Part shown: in pieces, positions 1 through 10,853 of the stretch | How positions within the stretch are numbered: the first letter of the stretch is position 1 | Layout of the letters: every line of letters begins with the position of its first letter | Assembly (NCBI GenBank): GCA_013265495.1 | Contig: MU058198.1 | Location: forward strand, 2,802,419-2,866,418 | Source: Vicugna vicugna | Taxonomy: Eukaryota | Direction: 5' to 3' | DNA: 64,000 bases | Position numbers and translations under genes: made by a program | Notes under the pieces: model-generated | The model's database searches: none | The model's input: the letters and a program-made list of their open reading frames with translations, nothing else | What the model was told of the DNA's origin: nothing

Positions 1-1197
1 AAGTTAACACATTTAAAAATGATAATTTTTCATAAAGAATGGGGCTTATTGTTTCTTCAGCGTGTACAGTTTAGAAAAGATAATATGTTCCCACAGTGCA
101 GGTGTCAAAAGTGACAAAGGGTATTGGATGAAAACCACTCCCCTCCTTTCCACCAGGTCTCCCCTCCATGCAGTTACTTCCCTTCCCAGGAGCAATTACA
201 GGGACCCGCTTTTGTGTATCCTTCTAGAGATGTGCTGTGCATCTGTAAGCCCAACACCCAGGATGCAAATGTAGTTAAAATACGTATTTTCAAAAAAACA
301 GCTTTGTTTGAAAACTACCCTGGATGGGAACCAGCCATCCCTTGCCATAATTAGAAAGTAATCGTAAAAAAAATAGACTCCTTGGTGTAATCAGAAGGAA
401 TGACAGTGAAGTGGGAAAAAGAATAAATGTCCTCACTATGTGGTTGAGTGACACTTAGTAGGTCTATATAGTAGCTAGAATTACCGAGCTGGGGTAGGTA
501 TATACCGACATCATGGGAAACCCTGCTAGAGTTTGCGGGAAATCCAGTGTAAGTAAATCCAGTGATGTTTCCAGCTTTCAGATTCCTTTGATGTGTTAAT
601 GATTGAAAGAGACAAGCCAAAGGAAAACTCAGAACAAATATGAACATTCAGAAAAGTATTGTGACTTGCAATATTTACAAAGTAGTTTAGCCTTTTCCGA
701 AGAACAAAGTTCCCTGAATAAAGGGTATAGCAAGTATTTAAAAGGAAAAAAAAAAAAAGGACGAGGTTACTATTGGTTTCATCACTATTCTCGCTGGTGG
801 GAAATCAGTGGTCTCCCCCATGAATATCGTATCTCCATAGGTCGTCACGTACCTGCAGGTGTCGGTGTTGCACAGGTCAGAGATAGAGTTGTTTCCACTA
901 GGGACTTGACAACTTATGTGAAAGGGGCTCAAAGCTCTTTCTGTTTTTTTGTTTTTAAGATTTTGAGGCTCATGTGAGGCAGGATGTCTTTTTGAAGTCT
1001 CGGGATGCAAAGTTCCTTTTCTTCCCCTCAGCTGTGCATGACATGAGGCTTAAGCATAACGGCAGGGCGGGATGTCACTCTTGCTTTCTCAGGCAGTCTG
1101 ATCTCACTGAATAAAGAGGGGAAGACAGTGTCCTTTCTTTGCACGGACTTTTTAGCTGCGAAAAAGGCACTCTGGGGAAAGTTGTTCCTGGGACCTC

Positions 1198-1263
1198 CCA
1201 TTCTTTTTTTTTTTTTAATTGAAGTATAGTCAGTTACTATGTGTCAATTTCTGGTGTCCATTC
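1198..1263 (-). mobile_element. Extremely 5'-truncated young L1 3' end (~55 bp) with poly(A) tail and 6-bp TSD
   Basis: T-run followed by aattgaagtatagtcagttac..tgtgtcaatttctggtgt, which is the reverse complement of the L1 tail seen at 46811-46871; ccattc repeated at 1198-1203 and 1258-1263. Confidence 0.8.
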
Positions 1264-1562
1264 CTTGTTAACAGAAGCAAGGTGGAGGGCGTCTGTGATA
1301 GCAGGGCTCCTAAACCCTGGGCAGATAGTCAACAACAGTGATGAGGAGGGGCTTTCTGCTAACTCAGGGCCCCTTGTCTTGGTGCTCACTGTCAGGTGAA
1401 GGCGTCCCAGATCAACCCTGAGGCTGGTGAAGAGGTGAGCCGTTGAAGCAGTGCCTCGGGAGGCACCGTAAAGGGATCTTATTGGAGGAAAGGAGCAGAG
1501 CCTTAAATTCAAGGATGAGATGAACTCAGAGTGGAGACCAGGAGACAGAAACTCCCAGGGGA

Positions 1563-1805
1563 GGCAGTTTCAGCACAGAAATTAAAAGCTTGGAGTCTCC
1601 AATCAGAACGCATGAGTTGGAATCTCGGTTCTACCACCTGCCAGGTGTGTGTGGCTTCTCTGGGCCCCCGTTCTATCTGCACAGGGGACAACTCCTCTTG
1701 CCTACACATAGGGATGCTGTGAGGACTGAACGAGTGATATCATGTAAAAGTGCTCAGGAAATGTCTGGCACGTGGAAGGTGTGTTCCCACAAGTGTTGGC
1801 TGTCA
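1563..1805 (+). mobile_element. MIR SINE (decayed)
   Basis: Resembles MIR consensus: gaatctcggttctaccac, catagggatgctgtgaggactgaacgag, catgtaaaagtgctcag..tctggcacgtgg. Confidence 0.75.
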
Positions 1806-2184
1806 CTCTAGGTCATGAATCCTTTATCGAGGAAAGTGCGGGGGACCTGGAGATGCGTAAGACACAAGGCCTGCTCCTGAGCTCCTCCTAGTTTGATGGG
1901 TTGTGAAATGTTCCTGGAAATTTTTACACAAGTCAGCTGACGGTAGGAACCATAACAGAGATACATGCACGGAGAGGAGATGAAATCCAATTGGGGGAAT
2001 TTTGGAAGGCTTTCTGGAGGAGGTGGTATGTTGTTTAGATCTCAATGGGCAGATGGGGTTTTCACAGGGGGGTGGATGAAGGGAGTGGCCCCATGGGGAT
2101 GCTGCTTCTAAATACGTTCATCCCATGATTTGACCTCTGATTACAGTCAAATCACAAAATAAATTTTTGTCAACTCACTTTAGT

Positions 2185-2400
2185 TCTGCGTGCATTTCTT
2201 GACCACCTACCGTGTGCCAGGTGCTGTTGCTAAGTCCTGAAAAAAATGAAGTTTGGAAAGAAGAACTGTCTTTTAAAGAGCTGAAGGGGCAGACAAGTCT
2301 GCTAGCAGGACATGCTGAGAGACAAAATGCTCTGGGCATGTGGGGTCGCGGAGAGGAGCCCCCAGGGTGGGTCAGAGAGGCTTTGTGGGGAACTGATGCC
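2185..2400 (-). mobile_element. L2 LINE 3' fragment
   Basis: catttcttgaccacctaccgtgtgccaggtgctgttgctaag matches the reverse of the L2 3' terminus. Confidence 0.6.
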
Positions 2401-2404
2401 TAAG

Positions 2405-2785
2405 CTTTAGGACATTTGCATTTGCTATTTCCTCCACCTGCATCCCTCTTCCCCGCAGCGCATCCAAGATCTGACTGCTTCTCATCATGCAGGTTCCAGC
2501 TCAAATGTCACCTCCTCAAAGATGCATTCCTACCCAGTCTTAGCTGACTCATCTTCCCCAGACCTCACTCTCTCTCATCCTCACCTTGTTTTATTTACTT
2601 CATACCTCTTATTGCAATCTGAAATGTTCTCGTTCATTTTTCTTTTTGCTTGCTGTCTCTCCCCCTCCGGGCTGAAAACTCTGGGACCACAGGGATTTTG
2701 TCTGTCTTGTGCGTGGCTGTGTCCCTGGAGCTCAGCACGGTGCCTGGCACACAGTAGGTGCTCAGCAAATAGTTGTTGAGTGACT
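2405..2785 (+). mobile_element. L2 LINE 3' end
   Basis: cagctcaaatgtcacctcctc ... cagcacggtgcctggcacacagtaggtgctcagcaaatagttgttgagtga, a canonical L2 terminus. Confidence 0.85.
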
Positions 2786-2929
2786 GTGTGTAGGGGTGAG
2801 GGCTGACTAGGAATTGGTGGGTCTGTTTCAAGGCCACAAATTGGCCCCGGCCCTTCACCGGGCTTTTCCCACAGGGCTCTTGGGAGGCTGGGTGAGAGAA
2901 TGCAGGATGTGGTGATGAGGACTCAACCA

Positions 2930-3700
2930 TCCCTTCAACAGATTTTTATTGAGCTAATGCTCTGTGCCGGGCACTGTTAGAGTCCCTGGGGAGAGAGTAG
3001 TGACAAAGATAGGCAAAAATCCCTGCCCCCATGGTGCTGACTTTCTATGGGGTGGGAAAGAGATGGTCAGTAAATAAATAAGTAAATCATATCTGTGTCC
3101 GATGGCGATAAGCACTGTGGGAAAATCTAGGGAAGGAGGATGGAGAGTGTGGTGGGTGGGGAGGGGGCACTGCGACTCCAGGTGGGGGTTAGGGAAGACC
3201 TCACCGAGAAGGGGACACTGAAGGGGTGAAGGGACAAAGCGTGCTGCCACCAGGGTGAAGAGCATTCTCGGCAGAGGGAGAACAAATGCCAAGGCTCTGA
3301 GGACAGCAAGGTAGCTGATGTGACTGAGGGAAATCTAGGAACCAAAATGGCTGGAGTGGCCAGAACAAGGAAGGGAGTGACAAGAAATAAATTCGGAGGC
3401 ATAACCAGATCAGACCATGCGGGGCCTGGTAGGCCGTTGCAAGCATTTGAGCTTCTAGTCTGAGTAAATGAGGAGATGTTGGATGATTTGGAGCTAAGGA
3501 GTCATATGATCTGACTTGCCCTTTAAAAGGACGTCTTGGGCTGCTTGACAGAAGCGGGAGAAGTGGTGAGGGGGCTTATGCAATGGTGACAGTGGAGGTG
3601 TGAGAGGTGGGCAGGTGCTGGGGACAGTGGCAAGAAGGTACAGTGGCAGGATTTGCTGACAGATTCGTGGGGGCAAGGTGTGAGGGGAGTCAGGGAAGAT
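2930..3700 (-). mobile_element. L2 LINE 3' region
   Basis: ttcaacagatttttattgagc..tgtgccgggcactgtt, agcattctcggcagagggagaacaaatgccaaggctctgagg, gtcatatgatctgacttgccctttaaaagga. Confidence 0.85.
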
Positions 3701-5309
3701 GGTGGTGTGATGATGATGGTGATGACGTCTCTCTCAGGCCCTTAAAAGTGACAGCAGGCTGGCATCTGAACCGAACATACTTCCAAATACAGCCCCCAGC
3801 TTGATGGGCCAAGCGTCTCCCTGTTGGCGTCCTTGAACTAACCAGAGAGAGGAAAGTCACGTTCTACTGTGGCTTGGAGGCTGTGGGGTCACCCCAAATC
3901 AATGTGAGGTGGCAGAGTCCCTCTCTCAGAGGTCTTTGAAGCTCTTTTTTATAAATGCAGCATTCTTAGGTAACCTCTTGAGATTTTTGAAGATCAAATT
4001 AGCTTTGCTCCAACCCCGAAAAGGCACGTGTCACTCCGTGTGTGTGGCACCCAACCTCTCATTCATGTTCCAGCCTCATCAGCATGCCTGGCAAGGGAGC
4101 TGCCTTGATGGTATTGCTAGATTTAGGGGGCTAATGTGTGGTTACTTTCAAACAGAACTCAACACCATAATGCCTTTCTGTAAAATCATGGGGATCTGAG
4201 TCTCCCTGACTTCCCCAGAGCTGCTGGAGCACGGGGAAATGTTCCCCGCCTTGGCAGCCTCTTGGCAGTGCATTTCTGCTTTGATGGTTTTAATGAAGAT
4301 ATGAAATCATCTAACAGCTTTCATTTTGTTCAAGTGAGATGACTTAAAGTGGAGGTAGCATTTCCCAGGATCAATCCCCATTTTTAGAAGTGGTTGGTTA
4401 AACTCTCCGCAGTTTATGGCCACTTCTGCCTGAAACAGTGTGGGATCTGAATTATTAATTTTGTGAAAAATGAGTTAAGTCATTGCAAAGCTCTGTGGTG
4501 GCAAAATTCCTGCTTTAAGGCCTTTTTCTTGTATTTTCTCTAGCACGAACTTCTCTATGAACCAGAAATTCTTGGGCAGATTGGCCAAATCTCTGTCTGG
4601 CAGTCATTGTGCCAGAAGGGAAAGAACTTGACTTAATTTATTTGTTCTTTCCTATCTAGGATGACGAGGAGGAAATAGGTGCAAAGATTCTGAGAAGGTC
4701 TTATTTCAAAGCTCTTTTTTTATAGGTACTAAATTTGGACATCATTCAAATGGCAACTGTGCAAGCAAGGTCATCTCTAAAATATGAACCTCTGAGCACC
4801 CCCTACACTTATCCAAGTGGCTGGTACCCAGGGAAGTGTAGAAGGATGGAGAGCCGTGAGCTGTTCCAAATAGGGCACTGTGAGCGGGGACAGTGACCTA
4901 ACTGCAGAGAGCGTCTGTCCTGTGGAGAAGCAGTCTGGAGCAGTGATGGCATCACAGAGTCAGCATCTTACAGCGGCTCCGTGAGCATGTGTGTGAATGA
5001 ATGAAGGTGACTGTGGGACAGTGTGGTGGTGGTGGGGCACTTGTCCCATTTAGAGGGGTCAACCATTCGTCAGTCCCAACACTTTTTGCCATCTCTGTAT
5101 TGCCAGGTCTTCTAGGGGTTTTTTTTTTTTCTTTTTTAGGGGAAAAAAATAAGCTTGAACTATGGCATTGCAAAAAATGCAAGCTCTCAGTTTACAATTG
5201 TGTCTTACTGATTCACAACTTGTATAGAACACTGTGGGCTGAACAGAGCATGTTTGTGGGCTGAATGCTACCCATAAGCTGCCGTTCATCACCCCGAGAG
5301 GGTGAACCT

Positions 5310-5460
5310 TAGATACTGCTTCCGCCACTTTCTAATCCTGCCTCTGCCACGCGTTAGCTGTGGGGTGAGCAGCTTAACTTCCTAAGCTTTGGTTTCTCCT
5401 GCATAAGATGAGGGCACCAAGCACCCCTACCTCCGAGGCGGTTGTAGTGATTCCATGTTA
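5310..5460 (+). mobile_element. MIR SINE fragment
   Basis: tctaatcctgcctctgccac..tagctgtg..cttaacttcctaagctttggtttctcctgcataagatgaggg. Confidence 0.7.
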
Positions 5461-6429
5461 TTAGTATGTGTTAGATTTTGTGACTGTTGAGGGTCCTCTT
5501 TCCTGGATTGTGTTTGGAGTAGATGCAAGCATCTCTAAGCTGATGGGCATGACTGGAAGACAAGAGGCATAATGTGGACCTTTGTCAAGGTGAGGAAAGC
5601 TGCGACTTATCTGTTGGTCCAGTGAGGAGAGGAATCTGGAGCCAGGGTGACCCAAGGATGGAGAAACCCATTTGGTTGTAGAACTGGGCCCCAGAGAGGG
5701 AGCCAGCAATCCTCATTGCTTCTTACTGTCATCCTTGTACGTGCTCACAGCATCCCTGAGGATTCTGAGTTTGTGATGCCATCACTGCTCCAGGCGGCTT
5801 CTCCAAGGGATAGAAATTCTCTGCAGCTTGGTCACTGTCCCCAGCTCATGGTGCCATAGTCATTCAGAACAGTTCAATGCTCCCCACCCAGCTACACACT
5901 TCTTTTGGCTGGAGAGGATGGAGATGCTCAGAGATTCATCTTTTAGAGATGACCTAGCTTGCATAGAACGTGAGTGCCTCTTAGATTCGGTGGTTTGGTT
6001 CAGATAGAAGTCCAACCTGGAGAGTGAGGTCTTGCTAAAAAGGAAAGGCTAGGGGATGGGCAAGGGTGGACCATAAGGATCAGCCTGGAAAAATTTCTCT
6101 TCAGCCTTGAGCAGTAGTCGGCACCTGCAGAATGGCAGAAGACCATTGGGATGGAGGTGCAGAGGAGGCTGGAGAGGAAGAGAGTGGTGGTAAGAGAAGG
6201 CAGCCACCTCGCAGGAGAGTGAAGTGCATCAGAGATGGCACGATTCCCTTTAAAGCCAAGCTCAAGCAAAGCTTTGACGTGAAGCACACAACATTGGAAT
6301 TGGCTGCATGATCAGTATTCAGAGCCTGTGTGTGTGCACCATTGGTGAAGAGCTGGGTGATCATCCAAGTTTCTCTTGCCTCTGGGACAATCCGTCAACA
6401 AGCCTCTCCAATCACAGAGTCAACAAAAT

Positions 6430-6957
6430 TCTATCTAAAATCTGGCACGTTGCTCCCCAACCTTCAGTTATTTGGGTGGCATCTTCACAAGTATCTACAA
6501 ATACTTGTATATGCTTAACATGGTGTTAAAGTCCACTCATCATTTTTGCTTTCACCTGTTCATTTAAACATGAAACTTTTTATCACTGTCTTTAAATGAG
6601 AATCGTCACTTGCCAGAAGTAGGAAGCCGTTATAAAAACCGATGCAATAAAAAAAACCAAACCATGCAGTTAGATTCCAGCCCCATATCGTTGCCTGTGC
6701 CATGCTCTGCTTGAGGCAGCCTCCATTTTCTGTTACAGAGAAAGATCAAAACCTGTTAGAGACATGTTAGCAACATCTTAGCATCTAACTAAGGCTTTCT
6801 CTGTGATGTAATCGGAAGATTTGAATAGAATGGAAAAAGAAAGAGAATTATTTTCTAATGATGTGAGTAGGTGGCATTTAAAGTCATGTCCATGTGCCAC
6901 CTATATATTTTTTTTAACCACTAGAGGTACATACCTCACACTTTGGGGAATGCTGAC
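6430..6957. mobile_element. hAT-Charlie-type DNA transposon remnant
   Basis: Terminus cacactttggggaatgctg; shares tttatcact, gttgcctg and tgttagagacatg with the element at 43880-44280. Confidence 0.5.
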
Positions 6958-7364
6958 CTTCTCACCTGGATCCCTCTTGCTTTGATGTCACTGTATTATT
7001 TTATTATACTTGGTTGTCATGGTCCATCAACAGCTTGGGAGGGACTGGCTGACATTACAAAGTCTGGGTGGTTTAAAAAGCTGTGATTTCAATTTAAATT
7101 GCAAATTGATGGAGCATCATGGGAAAACCGAATGCAGACGTGAAGAACGGAAGGAAAAGATCCAGCTATGCAGTATTTTTAGATCTTTTTCTCCGGACTG
7201 GTTTTGTATCAGTTTTTCTGGATTCTAGGTTTGATCAGACCAGTATCTGCTCTTTAATATATTACCTGAGGGCTGCCCATAGTTTCTTTACAGTTCCAAT
7301 CTAACTGACCTATGTGAAACCTTTATTGTTCCTTAAAAACAAACAAACAAAACAAAACAAAACT

Positions 7365-7685
7365 GTGACTTGGATGAAGCTCAGAGGCGTTATGCTGAGG
7401 GAAAGGAAGGTTATGTACTGTATGGTTCCATTTCTATGACTCTCTCAAACAGACAAAATCAAAATGATGGAGAACAAATCAGTGTTTGCCAAGGTTTAGG
7501 GCAGGGGGAGGGGTGACTATAAAGAGGCAGACGAGAGAATTTGGGGGGAGGAAAGGAACCGTTCTGTGTCCTGATCGTGATGGTGGTCTCGTGACTCTAT
7601 ACGTGTGTTAAAATTCGTAGAGCTTAACACTAGTAAGAAATCTACTTTATAATACTTTTCAAGATACAATTAAAAAATAAAACTT
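7365..7685 (+). mobile_element. Old L1M (L1MC/MD-like) 3' end
   Basis: tggatgaagctcagaggcgttatgctgag..tactgtatggttccatttctatga..gagaacaaatcagtgtttgccaagg..gttctgtgtcctgatcgtgatggtgg. Confidence 0.8.
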
Positions 7686-7708
7686 TATTTTAAAACATAT
7701 CCATATCT

Positions 7709-7797
7709 GGGGGGGAAGGTTAACTAAGTGGTAGTGTGTGTGCTTAGCATGCGTGAGGTCCTGGGTTTTATCCCCAGAACGTCCATCAAAAAAAAAA
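7709..7797 (+). mobile_element. tRNA-derived camelid SINE (Vic-1-like), short form
   Basis: ggggggaaggttaactaagtggtag..tgcttagcatgcgtgaggtcctgggttttatcccc plus A tail; atatccat occurs on both sides. Confidence 0.85.
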
Positions 7798-7989
7798 TTT
7801 TTTTTAATATCCATGATTGTAGAACTCAGCTACTGAAAGACATTCTGTACCTCTAATTTCTGATTATCAAAGAGAACCAGCTCCCAGGTTTTTGGAGTTC
7901 ACAAGCTTCCCTAACTCCCATCCTTGTTATGAGTTAGAATCAAGGATATGGGTGGCCTTTAAACCTTTCCCACCTCACAGCCACACCTC

Positions 7990-8672
7990 TGAGTGATGCT
8001 GGGGTCTGACACAAAAGTTGGGAAGTTTCCATTGTGGTCTTGGACCATGGTGGCCCGCACAGATGTCAGCCAGGTCGAGGGAGGAAGGGCAGCAGCAGTG
8101 GATAAGATCTGGCTGAGGGCCTGTGGAGAGTTGGAAGGGCATGTAGGGTGGGGAAAAAATGGATCACAAAGCACGATGGAAGAGGCACCCAAGGATTTTC
8201 CCCCCAAAACAAAACCATTCACAATCTACCAACAGTAGGTCTGACCTGAGCACCAGACAGCCCAAGGATGGAGCCAGAGGCATCCCCTGCTGCCCACTCC
8301 CTCCATTCTGAGCCAACTCAGCAAGGACAGAAAAGCTCCCTAGTGTGCCCTCTCCAGCCAGAGCCCCCCAGAGCTGGGGAAGAGCGCCCACCCTGGCCTG
8401 GAGATGCCCACAGCTCCCTCCTCCCAGTACCTGGTGAAGAGCCCAGGCTTCCCAGAGCCAGCAGACTTCACTCCCCAGTCCCTGCTACAGATAGGCCACA
8501 ACCATGTTCTTTCTGTGGCATCTGAAATTGGACACGGACACTGTGTGTACAATGGAGCCTGACCGCACCCCTGCACTTCGTATCTACAAGGTGCCCGCCC
8601 CTGGGTCCTTTCACAAACTCCAGTTTTCCCTTGGGTTAGTTTGAATGGGTTTCTTTTCCTTAAGTGATGAAA
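7990..8672 (+). mobile_element. Probable ancient ERVL-class LTR remnant
   Basis: 3' end ttttcccttgggttagtttgaatgggtttcttttcctt resembles ERVL/MaLR LTR U5 ends; family not resolved. Confidence 0.35.
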
Positions 8673-9339
8673 ACATTAGTTGGGTGGTTGTGCTGAAGCC
8701 ACCTGGGCTAGAGGCAAAAACATGAGTGTTGCCAGCCTGTGGGTGATCACTGAGTTCAAGGAAGTAGCTGCGATAACTCAGGAGCCTGTTACAGCTGGAG
8801 GGAGAGGTGACAAGGTGGGGCGTGACCAGGAAGTAGATTGCCGCAGAGGTGGGGAGGGGTCAAGGGTGGGGTGGCTCGCGTACAAACCACAGTGGAGCAG
8901 ACAGTGTGTGCATAGATGTGTTAGTGGTGTCCACCCCTCCAACATCTCTTACTCTGTGCTGGCGCCTGGGGAAAAGATGGTGTAGATTTCCTAACCTTGC
9001 CGTTTTCCCATGGTTATTGGCCCACCAGGCTTTTCCAGGGTCAGCTCTGGTTATTCGTATTGACCTATTTCAAGTATGATGATGTTCACACCACACACCA
9101 AGACATCTGACATTGTTACTGTCATCATTGTCCCCATCATATAAATGCTCCTCCTCCTTCTGTGTTTCTCCATATTCCTAAATCACATGCTTCCATTGCT
9201 ACACCTTGTACATCACAAAAAGGATAACCTCTGGAATTAAAATCGCACCTCTCAATTACCCAGGTAAATGAAGAATTTCCAAATCGTAAATGGTGCAGTA
9301 AGTGGAAAATAATGATAATATTTATTGAAACCAGTCAGA

Positions 9340-9800
9340 TGCAGCCAAAGCTCTACTCCACAGCAGCCTAGCTTCATTATTAAATGAAGAAGATGCACTG
9401 ACTAAGAATTATAATAACAAACATAAAGAAACAAGTCAGGAGGGTATAGTTCAGTGGTGGAGCATGTGCTTAGCATGCATGAGGTCCTGGGTTCAATCTC
9501 CAGTACCTCCATTAAAATAAATGAATAAAACTGAATAACCTCCCTCGCAAAACAAACAAACGTAAGGAAACAAGGAAGAACTAATTCGGAAACATAAAAA
9601 CAGAAAACGAATCTAGGAAAACAATAGCATTGGTTTAAACAAACAAACAAAAAGAACTCAAGAACTGATCTTTTTGAAAAAGATCAATAAAATAGACAAA
9701 CACCTATGGCATTTAATCAGGAACATAAAAGAACACAAATAAGCAAAATTAGGAATTAAAAAAAAGTATCACCACGAGATTTTTAAAACTCCACCAAGGG
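9340..9800 (+). mobile_element. Old L1 ORF2-region fragment, interrupted by a SINE
   Basis: tttttgaaaaagatcaataaaatagacaaacacc (FEKINKIDK-like L1 ORF2 motif) and acacaaataagcaaaattaggaat. Confidence 0.7.
9438..9565 (+). mobile_element. Camelid Vic-1-like SINE, long-tail form
   Basis: ggagggtatagttcagtggtggagcatgtgcttagcatgcatgaggtcctgggttcaatctccagtacctcc; gaaacaag on both flanks. Confidence 0.9.
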
Positions 9801-10395
9801 CTCAGGCATCTTCACAAGATGGAAAAAGAACTAGGTAAAATTGAATTCATATTTATAAAACACTTAACGCATCTGAAAGATATTTCTTACCGTGAGTTTT
9901 AAAGTAATTTTCAACATGACATCTTGAACTCGTGTGGGTATCATTTCCCCCAAACTCTATCTGATGATGAATCACAGAAGTAGGAGGTACATGTAGGTAG
10001 TAGATAAAAAAGTTAAAGTGTAACAGCTGAAAAACAAAAGGCCTAGCTGAAAACTATAGGAAGGGACATCCCCAGGGTCCACGGAGGCCAAGGGCAGAAT
10101 GGTTAAGTGGCAGCTGCTTTTGCTGAGGACTTGACTTCTCAGTAATTATTGTTAAATCATCTCATATAATATATCTCCTATGTCAAATATTACATTTGAT
10201 AGTGTATGTAAGTGTCATTACTATATTCACAGCCCAAATCTGTGTTTACTGTTTCCAGTCTTCACCTTTCTCCGCTAAGTTTATACATTTCTTTAGTTGT
10301 TTGATTTTTTTTTATCTCTCAACCAGTTGGAGAACTCTTATCAATAGCTTTTTTTTTTCCAGTTAACATTTTAATTTGAGCCCCTTGGTAGGTTT

Positions 10396-10664
10396 AAGAA
10401 TATCTTTCTGTTCCATTGGATCCAAGCTCAGAATCTTGGCATTATCTTTTTTTTTTTTTGATGGGGGTGGGATACTGACAGGCATATGTAGAATAGATAA
10501 ACACAGGGAAATATATATAAAATATTGTGGTAGCTCACAGTGAAAAAGAATGTGACAATAAATATGTGTATGTTCATGTATGGCTGAGGAACTGTGCTCT
10601 ACACTGGAAATTGCCACAACATTATAGACTGACTGTAACGCAATAAAAAAAAGAATATCTTTCT
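10396..10664 (+). mobile_element. Young L1 3'-UTR insertion with 14-bp TSD
   Basis: TSD aagaatatctttct at 10396-10409 and 10651-10664 at a TT/AAGA endonuclease-type site; body gtagaatagataaac..gtgaaaaagaatgtgacaat..gctctacactggaaattgccacaacatt, then aataaa and an A tail. Confidence 0.9.
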
Positions 10665-10767
10665 CCTTTTCTCACACATGAGCAATAATTTGACCGAATT
10701 AAAATTTTTAGAGCAAAATCTTAAAAAAAAAAAAAAACTCCAAAAACAGGGTTCTATTGTCTTAGGA

Positions 10768-10819
10768 CGTGTGTTTGTGTGTGTGTTTGTGTGTATGTGT
10801 GCTTGTGTGTGTATGTGTG

Positions 10820-10852
<33 letters not shown>
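10768..10852. repeat. Imperfect (GT)n microsatellite
   Basis: Directly visible ~85 bp GT tract. Confidence 0.95.
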
Positions 10853-10853
<1 letters not shown>

